Notes under the pieces: generated by a model
Seen by the model: only the letters and a program-made list of their open reading frames with translations
Database searches by the model: none
Told to the model about the DNA's origin: nothing
Position numbers and translations under genes: made by a program
Assembly: GCA_963764165.1 (NCBI GenBank)
Contig: CAVXRD010000001.1
Span: forward strand, 64,001-128,000
Reading direction: 5' to 3'
Origin: an uncultured Verrucomicrobiae bacterium
GTDB taxonomy: Bacteria > Verrucomicrobiota > Verrucomicrobiia > Limisphaerales > Palsa-1400
Length of the DNA: 64,000 nucleotides
Shown: piece by piece, positions 47,309-57,126 of the stretch
How positions within the stretch are numbered: position 1 is the stretch's first letter
Layout of the letters: every line of letters starts with the position of its first letter

Positions 47309-50300
47309 TTACTGCACTACAACCGAATAATAACCTTGCGTGCCGGTCAATGGTTTTGTGACGGTTACGGTCGATCCAGTCCCTGCAATGGCTGATCCCA
47401 CTGGAGTCCAATTAGGAGGACTGGTCAGGCTGCTCTCATACATGAGCGTATAGTTGTGACCTGCCTCAGTAGGAAATGCAAGACTGAGCTGGCCCGCCAC
47501 AATCGAGGCCGTCACCGTGAATGCGGGCGGCGCTGGAGCCAGCATGAAGAACTCGATGTTCTGGCCGTCGAGCGCTGTTGATTTAAATGTGGTGGCCTGC
47601 CCCGTCGTGTAAACAACAGCCGGGCTGCCATTGCTGTTCAGGAGAGGAATCCAGTGCCAAGCTTGGTAGCCGGTGGCATTGTTGTCCGTGAAGGTGCCCA
47701 ACACGCTGCTGCTCTGGACTGGCGTCCCGACCCCGTTGGTAACAACGCTAAAGCTGTTGGAATAGTTGGCGCTGTTGGCCATGCGAGCCCAGACATACCA
47801 ACCGCCCGCGGGATAGTGGCGCGTGTAATTGAGCCAATCGCCGGCTGAGACATAGCAAAGGTTAAACAGTCCGATGTTGGCGTCGCCCAAAGCCTGTTGC
47901 GCGGCCAGGAATTTGGGACGCAGATAATCCGTCGACACTTGGGCGCCCACTCCGTCTGCCCACCGGTATTGCTCATAACCACCGGGCGAAGTTCCAACGG
48001 TCTGTCCCGCGGCGGCAAAGTTAACGTCAATTCCCTGTTGGGCAATGGCTCCAGCGCCATAGGGATCGATGCTGCTTGTCCAGCCTCCGGGGTAGCCAAA
48101 GTAACTGTTCGTAGCCTCCGTCCCTGCAGGCCCAGGTGAAGTGCCAACCACATCGGCTGTCGGGATCGGATTATCAATGAACAGCCCGCTGTACCAGCCG
48201 GGGCCCGATTCGGCTCCCTGTTGTGGAGGGGTGGAATTGTTGTCGTTCGTGCTGAAGTCGTAGTCAATCGCTTCCCATTGGTAATTATTGACATTGAAGG
48301 TGTCAAAATTAACAACAAGGGAGTTGAACAGCCCAGCCGTGTTCGTAGCCGTGATCACGGCAGAATAAACCGCATTCGACTTGACCGGATAACTGCCAAC
48401 CCATCCACTGCTATTCTGCACCAGGGTCAATCCCGATGTGACATTGGTGCCGTTCAGCGTCAAACCGATGCCACTGCTGAGAATGGTGGAGCCGTTAGTC
48501 GCGTCCACTGTAAAGGTGAAGTGGTTGGTCGCCTCGAACGGATGCACGCCATCCGGATACAAGGATGAAAAAGCCGGCGGACGGACCGTAGCCGCTGGCA
48601 GAAACATCAAAAAGCCAAGGTTGGGATTCTCATTCGGCCCTTGAGAGAGCTGAAAGGTTTGCACACCGCTGCCAATGGTTACCGACAATAGATTCCCATA
48701 GCTGTCCGTCAGGGGAACATATTCAAAGCCGTTCCAGTCATTCTCCGCGAAACTGACAGTGCCAAACTGACCAAGGGGCGTCAGGGTTTGATCTGAGGTG
48801 GTAGCCGGGCTCGGAGAGACCAAGGATAGCTTGGCCTCTGCGCCGCTGCCTTGAACGGCCATGAAGAGCCAAACATTATAGGTGCCAGCCGGTGCCGAAT
48901 CAGTGGGATATCCGCTAGAGCCGAATGTCCTCGTGTAGTTAAACCAATCACCCACGGTGGTGTATCCGATGGCCAGCTCTGGAAAATCATTGACCCCATT
49001 CGTTGTGCCTGTCGATGCCACTGTGTTCTTTTGCTCGCTGACAGTGTCCGGATTGGCTTCAGTTACGTAAGGGGCGCCGGAGAACTGGTCCCTGTAAAAA
49101 AGAGCATTAGGACCTTCACCGCCGCTCTTGTAGAAGTCAACGCCCGAAACCGCGTAGTACGACAGAGTGTTGTAGAGCCATACTCCTCCGTTGGCCGGCG
49201 TATCAAGATATTGACCGCCGTTGTAATTGTAATCAGAAGCTTCAATGACCAAGGCGGGCGCGTAAGTGTCGAAGGCGAGAGCGGCTTTTATGGATTGGCC
49301 CTTGTTATCCAAGGCCGTGACACTAATGCTGTAATGCAGGTTTGTCGTCAGCGGCAAGGTGAGCGTGGCCGATCCCGAGTTCAAGCCCACGACGTTGGTG
49401 CCGCCAAACGCGCCGTTCGCATTGAAGGTCGCGTTGTTGGTCGTGACAAGAGGGGAAGTGAGCTGAGATGTTACAACGGTGACACTAAAACCAGCGATAT
49501 TGTTGGCGGCGGATTGAGCAGTGAACTCGACACTGGTGTTGGTGCACATGGTAAGCGCATTCAGGTTGCTCGTGTAGCTCATGGTTGGAGGAAGTCCCAG
49601 AGGGGGTGGAGGCGGCGTGCCGCTCACGAATTGAAGTTGAAAACCGTCCAAATCACATTCAGAGTTACCGTTGCCAAAAGTAACATCCAGATTCCCGTTG
49701 GCGTCCGCAGTGACTCCGGCAAACTCAACATAGTCCACGCCACTGACAAGGTTGGTGGTGACGTCGTCATAAGTGGAGGTCTGGGTGTTCCCGCCCACCG
49801 TGAAAGTGCTCGTTCTTCCGGCGGCATTGCCCGCACTGTAAAGGTAGAGATTGTAAGTCCCATTGGGCGAAAGGCCGCCGAAATTGAGGGATCCGTATCC
49901 ATCAGCAGCGTTGTTGTAGCTGCTCAAAGCAACCGCCATCAAGGCTGCATACGGTGTGTTTGGGTAGCCCGTGCCAGCGTCTTCCGCGGCAAGGCTGGAC
50001 CATGAAAACGGGCTGGTGCTGCCCCAATTGATCGCATTATTATCAAAGGTTCCACCTGGACCATAAACACTCAACGTAACCGGCGACAAATTGCCATCAG
50101 AATAAGACAAGGTCCCACTGGCATTGGTGTAATGGGCGTCGTTAGGATAACCCCCGTAGCTGGAAGCGGTCAAGCCGTTCCATTTATCACCCGCTGCGCC
50201 AATGGCCGCCGCGCCTGACATTGCGGAAGGCGCAGGGGCATTGCCGCCGCCATAATCCGTATTGATGGAGTCGTCAATAAAATTGCCACTGAGTATGATG

Positions 50301-51247
50301 CCTGGGCTGGACTCGCGAACGCTTTCCAGGTAGTTTGTGGGATTCGCCGGAACACCTGTATCAATGCGAAAATTCTGTATCCAGCCGTCAAAACCGCGGG
50401 CGCCCTCATAGTTTCGGTTGCCGATGACAAGATACGGGGCGGAGCCCAAGGCAACCTTGAGGCCTGGCGCCGATACTTGATTTACCAGCACGGTTGGCGA
50501 CGTGGCTGAGCCGGTATATTGAGATATGTTGGTGCCGTCATACGCCCAAGCCACAAAGTACCATGTGTTGGTTGTAAAATCGCCGGCGGGGTAATTCGTC
50601 GGGGGCGAGCCGGGTCCAAAGGCCGTTGTCAGCGTCGTGGCGCCAATGGAAAAAATGAACTCGTTTTCCTGTTGGAACTTAACGCCGATGGAATTGGCGC
50701 TGCCATCGTTTCCACCGGAGGGGCTAAGAACAAAAAGGCGGGGCAGGACGAACCCGCCGCCACTTGGCGCCTTGACGGGCTGGTTAAACCACATCGATAC
50801 GATAAAGTTGGTAATGGTATTGGCCAGCAACGGATCAGCGAGGTCCGCAACGCAGTTCGCGGCGCTTGCCCCGGTGGGCGGTGTAGTCGCGTTGCCCGGC
50901 TGAGTTCCCCCCTCGCCATTGGTGAGACACAAGGCCCGGGCGCCGTCAAATGCGCCATTGACACCTGAACCGACGGCTCCATGAAAGTCAGACGGCACGC
51001 CTGTGGCGCTATAACCAGTCAGCACGACACCGCCGAGCCCGCCCAAGCTGGTGGAACTGACCGTCGTGTTGCTGCCAGGTGGGTCAGTAAACGGGAAATA
51101 AAGCCAATTGGACGCTTGACCCTGAGTCTGCCCGGGCAAAAGAACAGCCGCTGCGGCGACGATCGCAATCTGGCACAAAGCTTTGGCGCAATTCAATTTG
51201 GAACGAAATAGACGGATCTTGGAAGGACAAGAGTAGGATTTATTCAT
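47309..51247 (-). CDS. Large secreted carbohydrate-binding protein (LamG-like + two CBM6-like modules)
   Basis: Signal peptide; WYFVAWAYDG...FDGWIQNFRI; duplicated EAxDYxx...GDWxNYTR modules; no catalytic motif recognised. Confidence 0.8.
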   Translation of the reverse strand: MNKSYSCPSKIRLFRSKLNCAKALCQIAIVAAAAVLLPGQTQGQASNWLYFPFTDPPGSNTTVSSTSLGGLGGVVLTGYSATGVPSDFHGAVGSGVNGAFDGARALCLTNGEGGTQPGNATTPPTGASAANCVADLADPLLANTITNFIVSMWFNQPVKAPSGGGFVLPRLFVLSPSGGNDGSANSIGVKFQQENEFIFSIGATTLTTAFGPGSPPTNYPAGDFTTNTWYFVAWAYDGTNISQYTGSATSPTVLVNQVSAPGLKVALGSAPYLVIGNRNYEGARGFDGWIQNFRIDTGVPANPTNYLESVRESSPGIILSGNFIDDSINTDYGGGNAPAPSAMSGAAAIGAAGDKWNGLTASSYGGYPNDAHYTNASGTLSYSDGNLSPVTLSVYGPGGTFDNNAINWGSTSPFSWSSLAAEDAGTGYPNTPYAALMAVALSSYNNAADGYGSLNFGGLSPNGTYNLYLYSAGNAAGRTSTFTVGGNTQTSTYDDVTTNLVSGVDYVEFAGVTADANGNLDVTFGNGNSECDLDGFQLQFVSGTPPPPPLGLPPTMSYTSNLNALTMCTNTSVEFTAQSAANNIAGFSVTVVTSQLTSPLVTTNNATFNANGAFGGTNVVGLNSGSATLTLPLTTNLHYSISVTALDNKGQSIKAALAFDTYAPALVIEASDYNYNGGQYLDTPANGGVWLYNTLSYYAVSGVDFYKSGGEGPNALFYRDQFSGAPYVTEANPDTVSEQKNTVASTGTTNGVNDFPELAIGYTTVGDWFNYTRTFGSSGYPTDSAPAGTYNVWLFMAVQGSGAEAKLSLVSPSPATTSDQTLTPLGQFGTVSFAENDWNGFEYVPLTDSYGNLLSVTIGSGVQTFQLSQGPNENPNLGFLMFLPAATVRPPAFSSLYPDGVHPFEATNHFTFTVDATNGSTILSSGIGLTLNGTNVTSGLTLVQNSSGWVGSYPVKSNAVYSAVITATNTAGLFNSLVVNFDTFNVNNYQWEAIDYDFSTNDNNSTPPQQGAESGPGWYSGLFIDNPIPTADVVGTSPGPAGTEATNSYFGYPGGWTSSIDPYGAGAIAQQGIDVNFAAAGQTVGTSPGGYEQYRWADGVGAQVSTDYLRPKFLAAQQALGDANIGLFNLCYVSAGDWLNYTRHYPAGGWYVWARMANSANYSNSFSVVTNGVGTPVQSSSVLGTFTDNNATGYQAWHWIPLLNSNGSPAVVYTTGQATTFKSTALDGQNIEFFMLAPAPPAFTVTASIVAGQLSLAFPTEAGHNYTLMYESSLTSPPNWTPVGSAIAGTGSTVTVTKPLTGTQGYYSVVVQ

Positions 51248-51401
51248 ATTTCTCGCTGATTGGGTTAATCTTTGTGCATGACACGCAAGGCAAGGGCGAA
51301 CGCATCTTGCGGGCGACGGCTTTGCTCGTGAATGTATGACGTGTTCATCATGCTTGACGGGTGCTGATGCTGGCTATTGAACCTGAATTCTCAACCTGCG
51401 C

Positions 51402-51422
51402 CATCCCTCTTTCGAGGGATGC
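51402..51422. promoter_or_regulatory. Palindromic operator, copy 1
   Basis: catccctc-tttc-gagggatg-c in the divergent region between the 1312-aa gene and the sensor kinase. Confidence 0.72.
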
Positions 51423-51498
51423 GATAGGCTTGACTGGCTACTAGTCTCTGCTTAACCATTGAGTACCTGACACGTCGCAGTCGGCCTTTGGCAATAAA

Positions 51499-53742
51499 AT
51501 GAGTTCGGGTCATCAGTTTCGGGTTGCGGCCGGGGCTTTCCTGGCTTGGGGATGCCTTCTGTTCGGCTCCTCCGCCGCGGCCCAAGACAGGAACCACGCT
51601 CTCACCAATATGTCCGAGGTGATTTCCCTGCCGGCCAACCTCGCCGCGCGCCAGCTCAAAGTCGATGTGACGGGAACGGTCACGGCGACAGTTCCCACCC
51701 TGGGAGGGAGTTTTTTTGTCCAGGATGCGGGATGTGGCGTGTTCGTGGATAATCGCGACGGGCCCCTTCCCCAGCCCGGTGACATTGTGCGGCTTACCGG
51801 CGTCACTGAAAAGGGCGCCTATGCTCCCGTCATCACCGGGCCAAAGTATGTGAAGCTCGGCACGGGGCCACTTCCCCCCGCGCGGGCCGTTTCAGTTGAC
51901 AGGTTCATGTGCGGCGCGGAAGACAGCCAGCGGGTGGAGGTTTCTGGAATTGTTCGGTCCATCGAGATGAGCCTTACTGAATCGAACATCGACTTGGGGA
52001 TCGCCGCGGGCGGTTACAGGTTTCATGCCTTTCCCAAGATGCCGCTCGGGTCTGATCCCCAGCGGTTGATCGGCGCGCGCGTGCGCCTGCGCGGCACTTC
52101 CGGGGCGTTCTTCAACCAGGAACAGCGCCGCCTTACAGCGTTGAAACTTTTCATGACTGCGGAGCCGGAAGACTTTGTTGTCGAGGCGATGGAGGCGGTT
52201 GATCCCTTCACCGAACCGGTCTTGTCCATGAATAATATTGCGCAATACCGCCGCAACAAACGGCCGGGTGAACGCATTCATTTGAAAGGAACGATCACCT
52301 ACCGGAGACCGGGTGAGGAATTCTTCCTGCAGGACCAGTCCGGCGGTCTGCGAATCAAGACTCATCAAATGGATCCGGTCTCCGTGGGCGACGTCGTTGA
52401 AGTGGCAGGATTCGCGGATATCGAGAATTTTCTGCCGGTGGTTGAGGACGCCGTTTTTCGGCGGACAAGCGACCCGCATGCCGAACTAGCTCCGAAGGTT
52501 GTCACCCTTCAAGAGGTGCAGGATGGCCTTTGCCACGCGAGTTTGATAACGCTGCAGGGGAAATTGCTCGACCGCTTCATCCGCCGCGATCATCAGCCGG
52601 GAACCTGGAAACCTTCGCCGCAAATCGTGCTCATGATGCAAAGCAAGAATCTCACCTTTACCGCGGAAACAGACGCGTCGGAATCCAACTCAGACCTCAA
52701 CGCCATTCCGTTTGGAAGCACCATCGAAGTCAGCGGCGTTTGTTTCACCGAGAGCGGCGAGGACGGAAAGGCGCGGTCGTTCCAAATTCTCGTGCCCCCG
52801 GGAAAATCTGTCCAGGTGCTGGCCGAGCCAAGCTGGCTGACGCCCCAGCGCCTGCTGGGCGGGCTGGCCATTCTTTTTGCGGTCTCGATTGTCGCGCTGG
52901 GTTTGACGGTGGTTGTTTCCAGGAAGAACGCGACGCTGAGAACGCTGATCCGGGAAAAGGAAAAGGCGCAGCTGGAACTTTGGCAGGCGCATGACCAATT
53001 GGAGGAACGGGTCAAGGAGCGCACCGCTCAGCTCAAACTTCAAATCACGGCCCGCAAGGAGTTGGAATTGCAGTCCAAGGCCACGCTCGCTGAACGAACG
53101 CGCCTGGCCCAGGAATTGCACGACACGCTCGAACAATCGTTGACCGGCGTCGCCCTGCAATTGGACGCCACCACGCGCCTTTTTGAGAAGGAATCCGACA
53201 ACGCCAAGAGCCACCTTGAGATGGCCCGCACTCTGGTTTCGGAAAGCCAGATGGAAGTTCACCGCTCCGTCTGGAACCTTCGCTGCCGGGCGCTTGAGCA
53301 ATTTGATTTGCCGGAAGCGCTGCAAATGAGCATCCGGCAGATCACCGGCGGCTCCAATTTGCGCGCGGACATGAAGGCGCGCGGCCGCGTCCGCCCCCTG
53401 CCGGAAACGGTCGAGGAAAATTTGCTGCGCATCGCCCAGGAGGCTTTGACAAACATCATCAAACACTCTGGCGCAACGCAGGCGGAAATTGATCTGGATT
53501 ACGGGCCGAAGAACGTCATTCTGCAAATCAAGGACAATGGCAAAGGATTTGAGCGGGACGAATGCGCCGGGCCGCGCGAAGGCCATTTTGGCCTTTTAGG
53601 AATCACCGAGCGCGTGAAGCGACTCGAGGGGGAAATTCATTTTGCCAGCGCACCCAATGGCGGCGCCGCGATCCGCGTGAAAATTCCGATTCCGCACGAA
53701 TCCATGGCTGTCGAGGATCCCCAACCGCAGTTAACAACATGA
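51499..53742 (+). CDS. Sensor histidine kinase (HisKA_3) with OB-fold-like extracytoplasmic repeats
   Basis: ERTRLAQELHDTLEQ, QEALTNIIKH, DNGKGF, HFGLLG; TM at about aa 452-474. Confidence 0.93.
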   Translation: MSSGHQFRVAAGAFLAWGCLLFGSSAAAQDRNHALTNMSEVISLPANLAARQLKVDVTGTVTATVPTLGGSFFVQDAGCGVFVDNRDGPLPQPGDIVRLTGVTEKGAYAPVITGPKYVKLGTGPLPPARAVSVDRFMCGAEDSQRVEVSGIVRSIEMSLTESNIDLGIAAGGYRFHAFPKMPLGSDPQRLIGARVRLRGTSGAFFNQEQRRLTALKLFMTAEPEDFVVEAMEAVDPFTEPVLSMNNIAQYRRNKRPGERIHLKGTITYRRPGEEFFLQDQSGGLRIKTHQMDPVSVGDVVEVAGFADIENFLPVVEDAVFRRTSDPHAELAPKVVTLQEVQDGLCHASLITLQGKLLDRFIRRDHQPGTWKPSPQIVLMMQSKNLTFTAETDASESNSDLNAIPFGSTIEVSGVCFTESGEDGKARSFQILVPPGKSVQVLAEPSWLTPQRLLGGLAILFAVSIVALGLTVVVSRKNATLRTLIREKEKAQLELWQAHDQLEERVKERTAQLKLQITARKELELQSKATLAERTRLAQELHDTLEQSLTGVALQLDATTRLFEKESDNAKSHLEMARTLVSESQMEVHRSVWNLRCRALEQFDLPEALQMSIRQITGGSNLRADMKARGRVRPLPETVEENLLRIAQEALTNIIKHSGATQAEIDLDYGPKNVILQIKDNGKGFERDECAGPREGHFGLLGITERVKRLEGEIHFASAPNGGAAIRVKIPIPHESMAVEDPQPQLTT

Positions 53743-54368
53743 GAAGAGACGGAAAAATTGGAATCCTGCTGGCCGACGATCATTTCATCGTCCGCATGGG
53801 CCTGACGGCCCTCGTCAATACCGAACCCAACATGGTCGTCGTCGGCGAGGCCGCGGATGGCAATCAGGCGGTGGAGCTTTACGGCAAGTGCAAGCCTGAC
53901 TTGGTCCTGATGGACTTGCGCATGCCCGGCAAGGACGGCATTGACGCCACCGTCGAAATTCGCAGCCGCGATTCCAACGCGCGCGTCCTGATGCTGACAA
54001 CATTCGACGGCGACACGGACATCCACCGGGCGCTGCAAGCGGGCGCGCAGGGCTACGTTCTCAAGAGCGCGACGGGGCAGGAATTAATTCCCGCCATTCA
54101 AGCGGTGGCTGCCGGCCATCGTTGGATTCCGAAGGAAATCGCCAAGCGCCTGGCCTCGCGGAAGTTATTTGAGGAACTCACTCCGCGCGAAGTGCAAGTG
54201 TTGCAATTGCTGGGCAAGGGACTCGCGAATAAACAGATCGGCGACGTGCTCAGCATCACCGAACACACCGTGAAAGATCACCTCAAGAGCGTGTTCGGCA
54301 AATTGCAGGTTGTTGACCGCACAGAGGCCGTCACCGCAGCCGTTCATCGCGGCATCATTCGGCTGTGA
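53739..54368 (+). CDS. NarL/LuxR-family response regulator
   Basis: ATG overlapping the kinase TGA; LADDH, LMDLRMP, LTPREVQVL...NKQI...TVKDH. Confidence 0.95.
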   Translation: MRRDGKIGILLADDHFIVRMGLTALVNTEPNMVVVGEAADGNQAVELYGKCKPDLVLMDLRMPGKDGIDATVEIRSRDSNARVLMLTTFDGDTDIHRALQAGAQGYVLKSATGQELIPAIQAVAAGHRWIPKEIAKRLASRKLFEELTPREVQVLQLLGKGLANKQIGDVLSITEHTVKDHLKSVFGKLQVVDRTEAVTAAVHRGIIRL

Positions 54369-54463
54369 AAGCGAACCACAACGCTCTTGAGCAGCTGACC
54401 CCGGCAAGCATGTACTTCCTGACTGAATTGTTAAAACTAAACTCAAAGGCCGACATGCTCTCC

Positions 54464-54492
54464 TTGACCAGCTAGACTATGGAGCGTATTTT
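54464..54492 (+). promoter_or_regulatory. Sigma70-like promoter, predicted leaderless transcript
   Basis: TTGACC-17 nt-TATTTT, 6 nt before ATG 54499. Confidence 0.55.
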
Positions 54493-54498
54493 CCCAAG

Positions 54499-54771
54499 AT
54501 GAGTCTAACTGCGGTGGAACAGCCTTTGGTGGATCGCTTGCTGGAGCCGTTGAGCCGTTGCATTCGCGGCGTTAGCGAAGCGGAGCTTTTGAATCTGCGC
54601 GCGGATGCCACGCTGCAGGCGCGAATTGACGAATTGGCCGACAAGTGCGATGAAGGCGCGTTGACGCCTGAGGAGCGAGTCGAGTACCAGACTTACGTTC
54701 GATTTGGCAACTTTGTCGCCATCTTGCAGGCAAAGGCTCGTCTCCGGCAAAGCCGATCATCAGCGGATTGA
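54499..54771 (+). CDS. Small helical protein, putative antitoxin-like partner of the HNH gene
   Basis: 90 aa; QARIDELADKCDEGALTPEERVEY...LQAKAR; its stop overlaps the HNH start. Confidence 0.7.
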   Translation: MSLTAVEQPLVDRLLEPLSRCIRGVSEAELLNLRADATLQARIDELADKCDEGALTPEERVEYQTYVRFGNFVAILQAKARLRQSRSSAD

Positions 54772-55168
54772 TGAACGCGGCGGGCCGCCAGGAAGTTCGG
54801 CAACAGGCGGGCTTCCGCTGCGAATATTGTCACGTTCACGAACGGCATTTGCCGTTCTCTGCTTTCCATCTTGATCATGTCGTCGCTCGCCAGCATGGCG
54901 GGACCGAGGACGCCCAAATCTGGCGTGGAGTTGCCAGAAATGCAATTTGCTGAAAGGAACCAATCTGAGCGCGGTCGATCCGGACACGGGAACCGTGGTC
55001 CGGCTATTTCATCCCAGATCAGATCAATGGGCCGAACACTTTTCGGTGATTGGCGGACGCGTCCTTGGCTTGACGCCTACGGGACGAGCGTCGGCTTGGC
55101 TGCTGCAAATGAATGCACCTTATCGCATTGAGCTTCGCGCAATATTAGCGGCTCCGGGTAACGATTGA
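54768..55168 (+). pseudogene. HNH endonuclease with a 1-bp frameshift (or assembly error)
   Basis: RCEYC...DHVVARQHGG in one frame and NLAWSCQKCNLLKG...LFHPRSDQW in the other; the break lies near aaa 54916-54918. Confidence 0.82.
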
Positions 55169-55177
55169 GACACCATG

Positions 55178-57082
55178 CTATTTTAGCGACACGACACTCG
55201 CCGTCGCGCGACGGTCGTTGGACCGGTTATAGGTTAATCCGAAACCAGTTGGGAAAAGCGGCTTATCTTCCGTGCTGACCCGCGAGGACAAGGGCTCGTT
55301 GCTCACTGGCCATGCGCGTGGAAGCTTTCCAGTGGGTTTAAATTTGCCCAGCAAAACATCCGCCACCCCCTGCCCTTCGCTGCCAGGCAGCCACGCTGCG
55401 ACGAACGCATCGCTCATCGTCAGCGCTTTATCCAAAATCAGGGGTCGCCCGGAAATCAGCACCGAGATGACAGGCACCCCGCTCTCTTTTGCCTTTGCCA
55501 CCAGCGCAATATCTTCGCTCGAAATTTTCAAATCTTTGCGGTCGCCTTTTCCTTCTGCGTAAGGCTTTTCGCCGAGGACAACAATGACGGCATCCGCGCC
55601 CGGAGCGCCGGCATTCGGCGAGAAAGTCACTTCCACTCCCGCGCCAACGGTCTGGCGAATGGCTTCCAAAATGGTGGTGCCGCCATGCAATGTCTGCCCG
55701 GCATCTCCCTGCCAGCTAATGGTCCAGCCGCCGCATTGGGTGCCAATGTCATCCGCGGCCGCACCCATGATGTGGATATGTTTGACACTCTTGGCGATTG
55801 GCAATGCGTGTTCTGAATTCTTCAGCAAAACCAGTGATTCCCGGACGCATTGACGCGCAACTTTTCGGTGCTCAGCCGACCCAATGGCGGCGGTCAATGC
55901 GCTGTCCGTTTGGTTGCGGTCGAATAATCCCATTTGATATTTGACCCTCAAAATTCGCGTCACGGCGTCGTCGATTCGTGACATCGGCACTTTTCCCTCG
56001 TTTACCAATGACTTCAAATTGTTAATGAAATCGATGTAATTATTCCCCTCGCCCGGCCCATGAGGCACCATGACCATGTCCAGGCCGGCATTGATTGAGG
56101 CAGCGACATCTTCCTTGAAATCCGGCGAAATTTGGTCGATGGCAGCCCAATCTGAAATCAAAAATCCCTTGAAGCCAAGTTCGCCTTTGAGAACACCTGT
56201 CAACAATTCCTTATTGGCGTGCATTTTCGTGCCGTTCCAACTGCTGTAGGAAACCATGATGGAGCCAACTCCATCGCGCACGGCTTCCTGGTAGGGTTTG
56301 AGGAAAACACTGCGCAAGGTCGCTTCATCGCAAACCGTGTTGCCCTGATCCACTCCATCCGTCGTGCCGCCGTCCGCCAGAAAATGTTTGGCACACGCAA
56401 GGACAGGGCTGGAGGCGGAAAGATGATTGCCTTGCAGCCCGCGAATGACGGCCGCGCCCATCTCAGAGACCAAAGCCGGTGATTCGCCGAAGCTTTCGTA
56501 GGTGCGCCCCCAGCGTTCGTTTTGGGCGATGGCCACGCACGGCGCGAACGCCCACTGAATTCCCGTCCCCTCCACTTCCGCTCCGACCACTCTTGCAGCC
56601 TTCTCCACCAGCGCGGGGTCGTGCGTTGCGCCGAGTCCAATATTATGAGGGAAGATCACCGCACCATCGACGTTGTTGTGCCCGTGAACGGCATCGATTC
56701 CGTAAAGGAGTGGAATCTTCAAACGCGTTTTCAGACCGTATGAACGAAAATCGTCGCACGATTGCAGCCAGCCTTTGGGCGAATTGTCGCGGGGCGCATG
56801 GCCGCCGCCGCTGAGAATGGATCCCAGAAAATATTTTTCGATGTCCGCCTTGTTATTGGTCAGAGCCTCGGAATCCGTCTGGGTCATCTGGCCAATCTTT
56901 TCATCGAGACTCATCTGCGACAGCAGCGCGGCCACTTTTTTCTCGACCTCGCCTGAATTGCCCCGGGCCTGCGTCCAAAACGGAGCGGAAAGGACGACGC
57001 ATCCAGCCAGCAAACGAGTGGCCAAACCTGTTTTGCGTTGGACGGCGAAGGACAGAGTGCTACCCGATTGTGTTGTTCTCAT
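55178..57082 (-). CDS. GH3 beta-glucosidase / exo-beta-glucanase
   Basis: Signal peptide; EKIGQM, YGIDAVHG, RWGRTYES, KHF, nucleophile motif ISDW, GEKPYAE, WLPGSEG. Confidence 0.95.
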   Translation of the reverse strand: MRTTQSGSTLSFAVQRKTGLATRLLAGCVVLSAPFWTQARGNSGEVEKKVAALLSQMSLDEKIGQMTQTDSEALTNNKADIEKYFLGSILSGGGHAPRDNSPKGWLQSCDDFRSYGLKTRLKIPLLYGIDAVHGHNNVDGAVIFPHNIGLGATHDPALVEKAARVVGAEVEGTGIQWAFAPCVAIAQNERWGRTYESFGESPALVSEMGAAVIRGLQGNHLSASSPVLACAKHFLADGGTTDGVDQGNTVCDEATLRSVFLKPYQEAVRDGVGSIMVSYSSWNGTKMHANKELLTGVLKGELGFKGFLISDWAAIDQISPDFKEDVAASINAGLDMVMVPHGPGEGNNYIDFINNLKSLVNEGKVPMSRIDDAVTRILRVKYQMGLFDRNQTDSALTAAIGSAEHRKVARQCVRESLVLLKNSEHALPIAKSVKHIHIMGAAADDIGTQCGGWTISWQGDAGQTLHGGTTILEAIRQTVGAGVEVTFSPNAGAPGADAVIVVLGEKPYAEGKGDRKDLKISSEDIALVAKAKESGVPVISVLISGRPLILDKALTMSDAFVAAWLPGSEGQGVADVLLGKFKPTGKLPRAWPVSNEPLSSRVSTEDKPLFPTGFGLTYNRSNDRRATASVVSLK

Positions 57083-57126
57083 AGTCTTACTTGCCTGCTA
57101 TTGTAAATTCAGATGGCAATGCCCTT

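Noticed and set aside
53562..53738. N-terminal extension of the response regulator
   Set aside because: It lies inside the kinase gene; the ATGA overlap at 53739 is the natural start.
54911..54920. Programmed -1 frameshift in the HNH gene (CCCAAAT)
   Set aside because: The heptamer is not in the canonical X XXY YYZ register for the upstream frame; a deletion or assembly error is simpler.
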